The notes under the pieces: model-generated
The model's database searches: none
Told to the model about the DNA's origin: nothing
Seen by the model: the letters and a program-made list of their open reading frames with translations, nothing else
Source: Candidatus Poribacteria bacterium
GTDB taxonomy: Bacteria; Poribacteria; WGA-4E; JAJDTR01
DNA length: 63,255 bases
Direction of reading: 5' to 3'
NCBI GenBank assembly: GCA_965222225.1
Contig: CBDCTK010000001.1
Location: forward strand, 1 to 63,255
Shown: positions 33,897 to 44,241 of the stretch, one piece after another
How positions within the stretch are numbered: the stretch's first letter is position 1
Layout: the number at the start of each line of letters is the position of its first letter
Position numbers and translations under genes: made by a program

Positions 33897-34994
33897 TTAT
33901 GACTGACCTTCTGCCAACTCGGTTTCCATTAGCTCATATATAATCTGGCGTCCTTTCTTCACGTTCCTTTTCATTTTGCCTTTCGCAAAAGCCATTTTCA
34001 ACTTGATCAGTAAAGTATGTATTAGATTCCTACCGGTAGGTTTGCCAAAATACCACGAAACACGGGTAGAATCTTCTGTCTCGGACAGTTGCGTGGTTTG
34101 CCGCATGGTTCCCTTAAAAGGGGTCACCAAATCTGTTGTAAAATATTCGAAAGGTCTCCAATCCACAATCGTCTGCAGTTTCAGCTGTTTGCCATGAACA
34201 CAAAGTTGATCGCAACCAATTCCGACACGCCCCTGGCTTTTACCTTTAATGGTCAGGTAGTTCGCACGCAGGCGTTGTCTCCAACGTTCGGGTTCGGTAA
34301 GGTAGTCCCAGACAATAGCCAGTGGTGCAGGAAAATCGCCGTCAACTCTAAAATAGAGACTATCCATATCTACGTAGATTCGTCGACTTTCCTCGGTACG
34401 TTTCCAAATAGAATGCAAATCATGGACAAAGCCACCATGCTGTCCTAGTTCCTCACAAAATTCCGTGTGGATCTTCATACCGTGCACCAATTCACCTAGA
34501 GACATGGCGTTAGCTGCCGCCTCCGTGAAGAACGCGTATGTTTCAATCCCCGTGGCTTCAGTAATTCGATTCCTTAATAAACTGTGAACTACGACCAAGT
34601 CCGCGCCAGAAAGTCTTTCAGCACCAGCGACCTCATTCACAATAAAGGAACCGTGGTGCACGATTATTTTGAGTGACAGTACAGAAATCTGCTCACATGC
34701 TTTACAGGAACAGGTGGTATTTTGGAGTATCTGTGCACGTTTTTTTGCGAATAAGCGGTAAAAATGTTCGACCATTTCAAGCAGAGTTTGCCCCTGCAAG
34801 ATATCACCATCAAGGAGGCAGGCAAAAATCGGATCAGTTCCTAGTTCATGAATCTCCCAAGGTGATTTGAGTTGTCCAATTAGGGTGCCGAACAGCTCTC
34901 TCAAGATGTTTTCCGCGTGCGCTAACTCTTCCGGGTCGCGAAATTCGGAGTAACCTGTTATGTCAGCGACAAGAAGATAGCCTTGTTGTCTCAC
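33897..34994 (-). CDS. DUF2652 plus SRPBCC-domain protein
   Basis: ADITGYSEF, CSCKAC, LKIIVHHG, VVHSLLRN; C-terminal VWDYLTEP..IVDWRPFEYFT. Confidence 0.8.
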   Translation of the reverse strand: MRQQGYLLVADITGYSEFRDPEELAHAENILRELFGTLIGQLKSPWEIHELGTDPIFACLLDGDILQGQTLLEMVEHFYRLFAKKRAQILQNTTCSCKACEQISVLSLKIIVHHGSFIVNEVAGAERLSGADLVVVHSLLRNRITEATGIETYAFFTEAAANAMSLGELVHGMKIHTEFCEELGQHGGFVHDLHSIWKRTEESRRIYVDMDSLYFRVDGDFPAPLAIVWDYLTEPERWRQRLRANYLTIKGKSQGRVGIGCDQLCVHGKQLKLQTIVDWRPFEYFTTDLVTPFKGTMRQTTQLSETEDSTRVSWYFGKPTGRNLIHTLLIKLKMAFAKGKMKRNVKKGRQIIYELMETELAEGQS

Positions 34995-35446
34995 GATTTC
35001 CCCCTTGATAGAATATGTTTCATGGCGAAAAAATCTGCATTATCGCTAAAAGATACAATACCATAGTTTTTCGTGGAAATCAACAGATTTGAGCATCCGG
35101 GATTTGTCTCATCTTGGACCGGTTCTCCAGTTTCAATCAGAGTTTCGGCCTAACCAAGCCCCATATAAAGACGTAGGGCAATCTGATGCTTGATTTGCCG
35201 AGATCCTCTCTTCTGACAGATACATTCAAGGACAAACCGTCGCCGGAAATGGTGGTTGCGATCAATCAGTGGACCGCATCAAGCTTGTCGCTTGGCAGAT
35301 TTTCAGTTCCTTCGTGGAATCCCTGTGGTATACTGGCACGCTGTGCCAAGGTGTCGCGTCGATTCCTGATGGAGACATGAGCAACTCGGAACCAAAGAAC
35401 TTAGTCTAGCAGCCAACCGGCCCGTAACTTCGCAAATAGGGAAAAG

Positions 35447-36112
35447 ATGAAACTACTTTCAGTAAATGTGTCGCAACCTAAAGATGTAGCGCATAACGGG
35501 AAAATGATACGAACCGGGATATTCAAAGAACCAGTGAAGGGAAGAGCTTGGCTGCGGAAATTGGGCTTAGACGGCGATGGACACGGCGATCTTGCCGTGC
35601 ACGGCGGGATTGACAAAGCCGTTTACGCATATCCTATCGAACACTATGAACACTGGAAGCGGGAATTGGGACGAGACGAACTTCCGTACGGTCAGTTCGG
35701 TGAAAACTTTACTGTAGAGGGGCTGTTAGAGGAGGGGGTTCATATCGGGGATGTGTTTCAGATTGCAGGAACACAGGTTCAAGTCACGCAACCGCGGGTG
35801 CCCTGCTTTAAGCTCGGCTTGAAAATGGGATCAGCGACATTTCCAAAACACTTTCTAGCTAGTAAACGTTCGGGATTTTACCTTCGCGTTATAGCGGAAG
35901 GAAACGTCGGTGCAGGCGACTCAATTGAACGAATCAAGATTGATCCTGCTCGGTTGAGCATTAAGGAAGTACACCATCTGTACTATTTTGACAATCTCAA
36001 TAGGCAAGGAGTCACGAGGGTATTGGACGTGCGTGCGTTGTCAGATAGTTGGCGTGAGTCGTTTGAGGGATATTTGGACAAATGTGACAGCGTCCAAGAG
36101 GGGAGGCATTAA
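35447..36112 (+). CDS. MOSC-domain protein, YiiM-like
   Basis: TGIFKEPV, HGGIDKAVY, GQFGENFT, QPRVPCFKL, SGFYLRV. Confidence 0.9.
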   Translation: MKLLSVNVSQPKDVAHNGKMIRTGIFKEPVKGRAWLRKLGLDGDGHGDLAVHGGIDKAVYAYPIEHYEHWKRELGRDELPYGQFGENFTVEGLLEEGVHIGDVFQIAGTQVQVTQPRVPCFKLGLKMGSATFPKHFLASKRSGFYLRVIAEGNVGAGDSIERIKIDPARLSIKEVHHLYYFDNLNRQGVTRVLDVRALSDSWRESFEGYLDKCDSVQEGRH

Positions 36113-36175
36113 GCCCCATTTTTAAATCTATGAGGGCGACCAAAAGGGTAGGAGAAGCGAATTGTGTTTACAAAC

Positions 36176-36213
36176 AAATAGCCCCGTCCGCGAAACACGG
36201 AAGGGGCTATTTT
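36176..36213. terminator. bidirectional intrinsic terminator
   Basis: AAATAGCCCC.TCCG...CGGA.GGGGCTATTT hairpin between the convergent MOSC gene and tRNA operon. Confidence 0.75.
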
Positions 36214-36218
36214 CATAA

Positions 36219-36293
36219 CATCCCCGACGGGATTTGAACCCGTGTCGCTGCCGTGAAAGGGCAGTGTCCTTGGCCAGGCTAGACGACGGGGAC
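36219..36293 (-). tRNA. tRNA-Glu(TTC)
   Basis: GTCCCCG/CGGGGAT acceptor, CTGCC-CTTTCAC-GGCAG arm, GGTTCAAATCC. Confidence 0.96.
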
Positions 36294-36299
36294 GTAAGG

Positions 36300-36729
36300 T
36301 GAGCCGTACAGGGATCGAACCTGTGACCACCTGATTAACCTACCACACTCACTTTCGTGAGCCAGACAGTTACAAATCTGTTGTAGCCTGGACTATATCT
36401 TTACCCTCAGCGCCACTAAACTGATAGGGTAGGACACGTATAGTCTCTGAGGAGCGAAGGAAGCGTCAAGTCTTCAAAGAAGGCCCTTCTCCCTTGGATA
36501 TCAGCTTACGGCATACTGTTGATATCCCTAACCCAAGGCTCGATTATACGTTACCGCCTTGTCGGCGGATTAGCTTTCCTGCTGGTTGCCCAATCCTTTG
36601 AATTTTCACGCTATGCCGCGTACCAAAGGCTCTAAGGGGATTCCAGCATACAGTGTCCTCCACTTTACATGTTTCCATGTAAAGGCTCCGTGTTAAAGTC
36701 AGATGCTCTACCAACTGAGCTAACGGCCC
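36300..36729 (-). tRNA. tRNA-Lys(TTT) interrupted by a group I intron; exons 36729-36696 and 36338-36300
   Basis: Joined exons (34+39 nt) give GGGCCGTTAGCTCAGTTGGTAGAGCATCTGACTT|TTAATCAGGTGGTCACAGGTTCGATCCCTGTACGGCTCA, a canonical 73-nt Lys cloverleaf. Confidence 0.92.
36339..36695 (-). ncRNA. group I self-splicing intron, 357 nt, no ORF
   Basis: P (ATGCTGGAA), Q (AACCAGCAGG), R (TCAGAGACTATA) and S (AAGATATAGTCC) in order; P3 AGGACAC/GTGTCCT; GAAA-capped P2 and P9; U before the 5' site and terminal G. Confidence 0.93.
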
Positions 36730-36754
36730 ATAACCTCAGCGTGTACGGAACAAA

Positions 36755-36784
36755 ATGATACCGAATCGATTCGAAAAATGTCAA
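36755..36784 (-). promoter_or_regulatory. sigma70 promoter for the tRNA-Lys/Glu operon
   Basis: TTGACA-18 bp-TATCAT on the minus strand, ~25 nt upstream of tRNA-Lys. Confidence 0.75.
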
Positions 36785-36842
36785 CCTCAAAACATGCCGA
36801 CTACGTGGGAACACTCGCCTACCCTAAGTTGCGCGGTGTTAG

Positions 36843-38129
<1,287 letters not shown>

Positions 38130-38167
38130 TCATATCCCCAACATAACATGCTACGTTCGCACTGCGA

Positions 38168-38560
38168 TTAACGCTTGGAGAATTGGTAGCGCGCCCGTGC
38201 ACCTTTTTGACCATACTTTTGACGTTCAACCATACGGGAATCACGGGTCAGGAATCCAGCTTTTTTAAGAGAGAGTCTCAAGGAATCGTCCGCTTTGACG
38301 AGAGCCCGTGCCAGACCGTGTAGAATAGCTCCCGCTTGGCCCGATATTCCACCTCCGCGTATGTTCACAATCACATCGTAATGACCGCTTTTCGAAACGA
38401 GTTCAATCGGTTGTCTCGCATATTGAACGTGGTCCTCTCGGTCAAAATATTCCTCAAGCGGTTTCTTATTCACGATAAATTGACCGGAACCAGGCAGCAG
38501 CCTAACACGCGCAACTGCGGTTTTGCGTCGTCCTGTTCCCCAATACTGTTCGATAGCCAT
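38168..38560 (-). CDS. rpsI: 30S ribosomal protein S9
   Basis: [30 protein letters not shown]. Confidence 0.98.
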   Translation of the reverse strand: MAIEQYWGTGRRKTAVARVRLLPGSGQFIVNKKPLEEYFDREDHVQYARQPIELVSKSGHYDVIVNIRGGGISGQAGAILHGLARALVKADDSLRLSLKKAGFLTRDSRMVERQKYGQKGARARYQFSKR

Positions 38561-38654
38561 ATCTTTTCCTCAATACAAGAATCCGTGTTCTCGGCTAATT
38601 TAGAGTTACTAAAGTTAATCCCTATCAGCCTTCAATAACCTACGTTCGCCTTGG

Positions 38655-39104
38655 TTACACGTCCAGAATCTGAGGTTGCTGTGCTTGATGCGGACAATTC
38701 GGTCCGGAATAAACCTTCAATTTCTTAATGAGTTTGCCTCCCAGACGATTTTTCGGCAGCATTCCTTTAACCGCGCGACGGATAATTACGTCGGGATTCC
38801 GTTCCATCTGTTCATTGAAAGTCCTATATTTGTCGCCACCGGGATAGCCACTGTGGCGAAAGTATGTTTTCTGCTCCGCTTTATTGCCTGTGACGACAAC
38901 CTTGTCGGCGTTGACTACAGCGACGCGAAATCCTAAATCGGCATGCGGTGTGAAGGTTGGATGGTGTTTGCCTCTTAGCACCGCCGCAATCCGAGTTGCC
39001 AGCCGTCCAAGAACCTGGCCGCCTGCATCCACCACATACCACCTAACGTCCTCATCTGAAACAGCGTCAGATTTGGGGAAATATGTTTGCATCCGGAGTC
39101 CCAT
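38655..39104 (-). CDS. rplM: 50S ribosomal protein L13
   Basis: WYVVDA..LGRLA, LRGKHHPTFTPH, HSGYPGG, AVKGMLPKNRLG. Confidence 0.98.
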   Translation of the reverse strand: MGLRMQTYFPKSDAVSDEDVRWYVVDAGGQVLGRLATRIAAVLRGKHHPTFTPHADLGFRVAVVNADKVVVTGNKAEQKTYFRHSGYPGGDKYRTFNEQMERNPDVIIRRAVKGMLPKNRLGGKLIKKLKVYSGPNCPHQAQQPQILDV

Positions 39105-39578
39105 AGCATTACCTTTTACGCTCGTTTAACATTGGCAGCGCCATCAATTGACGCTCGCACGAAGCCGGTTACTAAATGCCTTTTGATTCTCTTTCTTAAG
39201 CCACTTATCGCGGATCTGACGTTGCCCATTTCCCTATCGGATTACAGAATTTCGAGCTTTCAGCTGCGCGAAATTCGTGATTGGCAATGTCCACAAAAAA
39301 TGTAATAACTCGCACCCGCAATTTTTGGAGCCCTTCACTATGTCGAGTGGAACAATCAAAACTCTGGGCACAACAGCGGACAATATTATCACCAACAACG
39401 CTCTATTGTCAAGGCTAAATCCGTGAATCAACAGGGGAATCGCATGTAATCTTGGTGGTGAGTGAAGTGTGAGGAGGGATGGACGAGATGAGTTGCTATG
39501 CACCTTGAAGATTACATCGGGAGATTTTTGGGAATTGTCTATCCCGGATTAAAGTCGGATCATCGGTGGTAGCTGTGT

Positions 39579-39827
39579 AATACTATTTCTCTAAAATGCA
39601 AGTGCATTGATTACATGAATCAATTAAAGAAGCTTGTGTGGAGCGGAGTAAGAAACCTTGTCTCCGCGCAAAGTCGGCGGGGCAGGGCGATCTCTATCTC
39701 CTTAGGATTTCTATCGCGTTCCCTATCCGGTCACTTGATCTATCCGCTCGCTCGATCCCCGGCTACGGAGACAGGAACGATATAATTAAGACATCATGTG
39801 CACCATATATTCAAGCGAAACGGTATA
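39579..39827. mobile_element. MITE-like dispersed repeat, copy 1
   Basis: Shares TTTCTCTAAAAT.CAAGTGCATTGATTAC, GCGCAAAGTCGGCGGG, ATTAAGACAT and ATTCAAGCGAAACGGTATA with 46391-46623. Confidence 0.7.
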
Positions 39828-39867
39828 TGATGTCCACATAGGACGCGCTTACAACAAAGAAAGTTAC

Positions 39868-39890
39868 GGCATACGGCGCATGCCTACTAC
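39868..39890. repeat. REP-like hairpin
   Basis: GGCAT-ACGGCGC-ATGCC-TACTAC (GTAG on the minus strand). Confidence 0.4.
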
Positions 39891-39912
39891 CTTGAACAAA
39901 ATAAATCACGGC

Positions 39913-39941
39913 TTGAAATTAACGTGAATTAGTGTTATAAT
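39913..39941 (+). promoter_or_regulatory. sigma70 promoter with extended -10
   Basis: TTGAAA-17 bp-TATAAT, with TG at 39933-39934 (TGnTATAAT). Confidence 0.6.
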
Positions 39942-40219
39942 CCCATCATTAACGTAATCTGCCCGGATGACCCCGCGAACATCTCCTCATAAAACTAAAG
40001 TATCCTCAATCTTTAGGTACTGTCCCCAATTTTGAAAAGACCTGTCAGGCGCATCTTTAATATGCAGCATAAGGCAGCATAGGAAAAACGAGTTAACAGA
40101 TGAAGGTATTGCCACCGTTATTCTTCGCAGTAAACGCTCCGCGTACCTTTAGCAATACGCTTGTAAACATTCGTCCGTATTCCTACAATCTGTTTGAACG
40201 TATTGAGATGCAGTAGAAG

Positions 40220-40936
40220 GTGGTGCGGGCACAGCGAATGGCAATAGTGTCCAAAACAGACAAAGCGGTCATTACCACTTGTGGAATGATGTTATTGGCA
40301 TTCTGGTTGTATTCCCGCTTTGCGTCGCTGTGGATTATCCACATCAACTTTTTGATTGCGGCAGTTCTTTTCGGTTGCGGGATTTGGAAGGAGCGAGAAA
40401 CTTCCCGACATCTAGAACGGAGTGTAATCTTTGGCGTTGTGGCATCGCTTACCTACCTCCCATTGGATTGGGGACTTTCCCACGGCATTCAATTCATCAT
40501 TTATCTACGCTCTGATCTAGCTGTAATGCCTGCTGCTCCCTTGTGCGTGGTATTCACGTGGATGATTGCAATTACTGCGATTATCTACTTATATTATCGC
40601 TTAAATTCCGTTTTGGGACATTCCTTAATTTCGGCGGGAGTTGCCGGGATTGTTGCGTTTTTCGGCGTTGTAGTCCTAGACCAATTTGCATCCGCACAAT
40701 TCCTATGGCTCTGGAATTCTACGCCTTTGGCTGGAAAATATAGAGTTGATTTTCCACAAATTGGATCGACTCCTGTTTTTGTGCCCATCGGTTTACTCTT
40801 GACTTTCGTGTTGTCCCCCTATTACTTCTACAAGCGGCAACATACGATTGTCGCCGGTATACGATGCGGTGTGTTCATGGGGACGATGTTGTTCTGCGGT
40901 TTCGTTGTATTTTTAGCGTTTTACCGTTCGGTTTAA
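40220..40936 (+). CDS. hypothetical polytopic membrane protein
   Basis: About 7 hydrophobic segments; co-oriented upstream of hslV. Confidence 0.7.
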   Translation: MVRAQRMAIVSKTDKAVITTCGMMLLAFWLYSRFASLWIIHINFLIAAVLFGCGIWKERETSRHLERSVIFGVVASLTYLPLDWGLSHGIQFIIYLRSDLAVMPAAPLCVVFTWMIAITAIIYLYYRLNSVLGHSLISAGVAGIVAFFGVVVLDQFASAQFLWLWNSTPLAGKYRVDFPQIGSTPVFVPIGLLLTFVLSPYYFYKRQHTIVAGIRCGVFMGTMLFCGFVVFLAFYRSV

Positions 40937-41003
40937 CCGACGAGTCAATCAATCGTGATTGTGGTAAATTTAGGGTGTTTCATGTTTCATTTTAGGAGCT
41001 ACG

Positions 41004-41537
41004 ATGATTAGGTCAACCACTATCCTAGCTGTACGCCGTGACAATCAAATTGTCATCGGGGGTGACGGACAGGTGACCCTAGGTGATACGGCGATTAAGC
41101 ATGGTGCCAAGAAGATTCGGAGGATTCATGAGGACAGCGTTCTGCTCGGATTCGCAGGCTCTGCTTCAGATGCGCTTACTTTGTATGAGAATCTGGAAAC
41201 AAAATTGGAGCAATACCGGGGAAATCTGCAGAGAGCCGCGGTTGAGTTGGCACGGGATTGGCGAAGCGATCGTGTACTTAGAAGAGTCGATGCTTTAATG
41301 ATTGCTATGGATGCGGAAGGCGGGTATCTTATTTCCGGCGCCGGAGACGTAATCACTCCAGATGAAGATGTATTAGCTATCGGATCAGGCGGATCCGTCG
41401 CACTCTCCGCAGCCAAGGCTTTGTTGAGCTTTTCTTCACTCACCGCCAAGGATATTGTCCAAGAAGCGTTGAAGATTACGAGCAAGATCTGTATCTATAC
41501 CAATGACGAGATTACCATTGAATCTATTGAACCCTAG
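41004..41537 (+). CDS. hslV: ATP-dependent protease subunit HslV
   Basis: TTILAVRR N-terminal Thr, GDGQVTLG, GFAGS, AIGSGG, ICIYTN. Confidence 0.97.
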   Translation: MIRSTTILAVRRDNQIVIGGDGQVTLGDTAIKHGAKKIRRIHEDSVLLGFAGSASDALTLYENLETKLEQYRGNLQRAAVELARDWRSDRVLRRVDALMIAMDAEGGYLISGAGDVITPDEDVLAIGSGGSVALSAAKALLSFSSLTAKDIVQEALKITSKICIYTNDEITIESIEP

Positions 41538-41604
41538 CCACCTCTCGGGCAGAGCATTCATTATCTATTATCAGACAAATTAACGACCAAACCGGAGGGT
41601 TATC

Positions 41605-43122
41605 TTGGATACACAAAAGACTTCAACAGAGAACAGGACACTGAGTGATTCTCTCACGCCGAAACAGATTGTAGCAGAACTTGACAAATACATCATCGGT
41701 CAATCCGAAGCCAAACGTTCAGTTGCCATTGCACTCCGTAACCGGGCACGCCGACAGATGCTCGATGAGGATATCCGAGATGAGGTCGCCCCCAAGAACA
41801 TCATTATGATTGGTTCAACGGGAGTAGGAAAAACGGAAATCGCTCGTCGATTGGCGAGGCTGGTTGACGCGCCGTTTATCAAGGTGGAAGCCTCAAAATA
41901 TACCGAAATTGGTTACGTTGGACGTGACGTGGAATCAATGATTCGCGATTTAACTGAACTCGCGGTTAACATGGTGAAAGCAGAACAGACCGAATCTGTC
42001 AAGGAAAGAGCGCTTGAGCAGGTGGAGGAACGCCTCTTGGACTACATCTACCCGCCGCCAAGTTCATTGAAGAAAAACCGGGAAGACGAATCGAGCGAAG
42101 AGAGCGAAGAGGAAGAATTCGCCGAAAGGGGCGGTCTCGAAGAGGAATCTCAAGAGATGCCTGAATTATCTGCCGGGTTGATTGAGATTGCGGAGGAGCC
42201 CGTAGAATCGGAGTCCGTCCGAAAACAGAGAGAGGAACGATATCTGAGAACTCGAGAAAAGTTCCGCAAACAACTGCGCAATGGCAAGCTTGAAGACAAG
42301 CCGGTTGAAATCAGTGTCAAAAATCGCACGGCTCCTCTGATTGAGATTTTCTCGCCCGGTGGAATTGAGGAAATGGACATTAATTTCAAGGATGTATTCG
42401 GTGGGCTGATGCCTAAACAGACGAAGAAGCGTCGGTTAACCGTCTCCGAGGCCCGCCAAATCTTGATGCAGGAAGAGGCGGAAAAGTTAATTGACATGGA
42501 CAGCGTTGTGGGCGAGGCAGTTGCGCGGGTGGAAGACTCCGGGTTGGTCTTTCTTGACGAAATTGACAAAATTGCGGGCAGAGAATACAAGGCGGGACCG
42601 GATGTTTCCCGCGAAGGTGTTCAACGCGACATTTTGCCGATTATTGAGGGGTGCACGGTGGCGACCAAATATGGCATGGTACGCACTGACCATATTTTGT
42701 TTATCGCGGCAGGGGCATTTCACATGTCTAAACCGTCGGACCTCATTCCCGAGTTGCAGGGGCGCTTCCCGATTCGCGTTGAACTAAAGAGTCTAGGCGA
42801 AGGCGACTTTAAGCGTATCCTCACAGAACCCAAAAACGCGCTCGTGACACAGTATATTGCCATGATGCAGACAGAAGATTTGAACATCACGATTAGCGAC
42901 GACGCCATTGATGAGATTTCCGCACTCGCATATCGAGTCAACCAAGCTGTCGAGGATATTGGCGCTCGCCGCTTGCATACGATCATGGAAAAACTATTTG
43001 AAGAAATATCCTTCGAAGCCCCGGATCTTGAGGACAAATCCATCGCGGTTGATGCAGAATATGTCAAGAGCCAATTGTCCGATATTGTGAAGAACGAAGA
43101 CCTCAGCAGGTACGTTTTATAA
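41605..43122 (+). CDS. hslU: ATP-dependent protease ATPase subunit HslU
   Basis: [52 protein letters not shown]. Confidence 0.97.
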   Translation: MDTQKTSTENRTLSDSLTPKQIVAELDKYIIGQSEAKRSVAIALRNRARRQMLDEDIRDEVAPKNIIMIGSTGVGKTEIARRLARLVDAPFIKVEASKYTEIGYVGRDVESMIRDLTELAVNMVKAEQTESVKERALEQVEERLLDYIYPPPSSLKKNREDESSEESEEEEFAERGGLEEESQEMPELSAGLIEIAEEPVESESVRKQREERYLRTREKFRKQLRNGKLEDKPVEISVKNRTAPLIEIFSPGGIEEMDINFKDVFGGLMPKQTKKRRLTVSEARQILMQEEAEKLIDMDSVVGEAVARVEDSGLVFLDEIDKIAGREYKAGPDVSREGVQRDILPIIEGCTVATKYGMVRTDHILFIAAGAFHMSKPSDLIPELQGRFPIRVELKSLGEGDFKRILTEPKNALVTQYIAMMQTEDLNITISDDAIDEISALAYRVNQAVEDIGARRLHTIMEKLFEEISFEAPDLEDKSIAVDAEYVKSQLSDIVKNEDLSRYVL

Positions 43123-43328
43123 ATCGGAGGCTTGAATATCGCAAGCCATTGTGTTGGGACCGTCACAAGTTATACGCTCTAAAAAACCACTCATCCGAGT
43201 ATAGGTAACTCCAGATTTGTCAGGGGTTGCGCCGTATCACAGCAAAGCTCGAAGAAACCAGAACCACTAACCGCGGCTAACAAACAACCGAAGCTTAAGG
43301 GCGACCGCATCAATGTAAGGAGACAGCA

Positions 43329-44123
43329 ATGGGACTTCTAGACGGCAAGACAGCACTGGTGACCGGCGGTGGACGGGGAATTGGCAAAGGTATCGCATCG
43401 GAGTTGACAAAAGAGGGAGCAAACATTGTTATCGCCGATATTGGCCTCGACAATGCTGAAAACACTGCAATCGAACTCCGAGATTTGGGACAGAAGGTTA
43501 CGGTTGTCGAGATGGACATCACGCAGGAAGCATCTGTGGCGTCGGCGGTTTTGAGCGCACTTGGCGAACACAGTCAGATAAACATCTTGGTTAATAACGC
43601 CGGCGTTATGGGTGACCATGTCCGTGGAGACGAAGTTCAATTAAAAAGTTGGGATATGTGCTTCGAGGTCAACCTTAGGGGCATCTGGGTTGTAAGTCGC
43701 GCGATTATTGGTCACTTCAAAGAGATTGGAGGCGGCAAGATTGTGAACATTGCCTCGGTTGCGGGGCGGCATGGCGGCGGCATGCATGCCGACTATTCGG
43801 CGTCGAAGGCGGGCGCCATCAGTGTTACGCAATCGCTGGCAAACGAACTTGGGCAATTCAACATTAATGTCAACGCAGTCTGCCCGGGTTTGTTGTGGAC
43901 CTCCATGTGGCGGCAATTGGAGGGCATGTACTCTCACGACGCTTCGGAGGGGAATGTAAATAAACGGAAAATCTTTGACGGACTGATTCGCGATCGCTGT
44001 CCACTTGGCAGGGAACAGACGCCGGAGGATGTCGGTATGCTCGTCGCTTTTCTTGCCTCAGAGCGGTCACGAAACATCACTGGTCAAGCCATAAACGTCG
44101 ATAGCGGGATGTTTATGAATTGA
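43329..44123 (+). CDS. short-chain dehydrogenase/reductase
   Basis: TGGGRGIG, NNAG, YSASK. Confidence 0.92.
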   Translation: MGLLDGKTALVTGGGRGIGKGIASELTKEGANIVIADIGLDNAENTAIELRDLGQKVTVVEMDITQEASVASAVLSALGEHSQINILVNNAGVMGDHVRGDEVQLKSWDMCFEVNLRGIWVVSRAIIGHFKEIGGGKIVNIASVAGRHGGGMHADYSASKAGAISVTQSLANELGQFNINVNAVCPGLLWTSMWRQLEGMYSHDASEGNVNKRKIFDGLIRDRCPLGREQTPEDVGMLVAFLASERSRNITGQAINVDSGMFMN

Positions 44124-44241
44124 GAAAAGCACGCATTAGCAATCCCAATGGCGCGCAGCCCAATCCACGACGAGCCTTGTTAGCAGTCTGGGAACGAATA
44201 GCTATGAACTGTTCTTGATGCCATGTAGGCGCAACCGTAAC

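Noticed and set aside
36338-36340. Alternative splicing giving a GUU (Asn) anticodon if the penultimate G ended the intron and the 5' site followed U33
   Set aside because: The tRNA body and A73 discriminator are Lys-type, and the P1 U-G pair falls at U34
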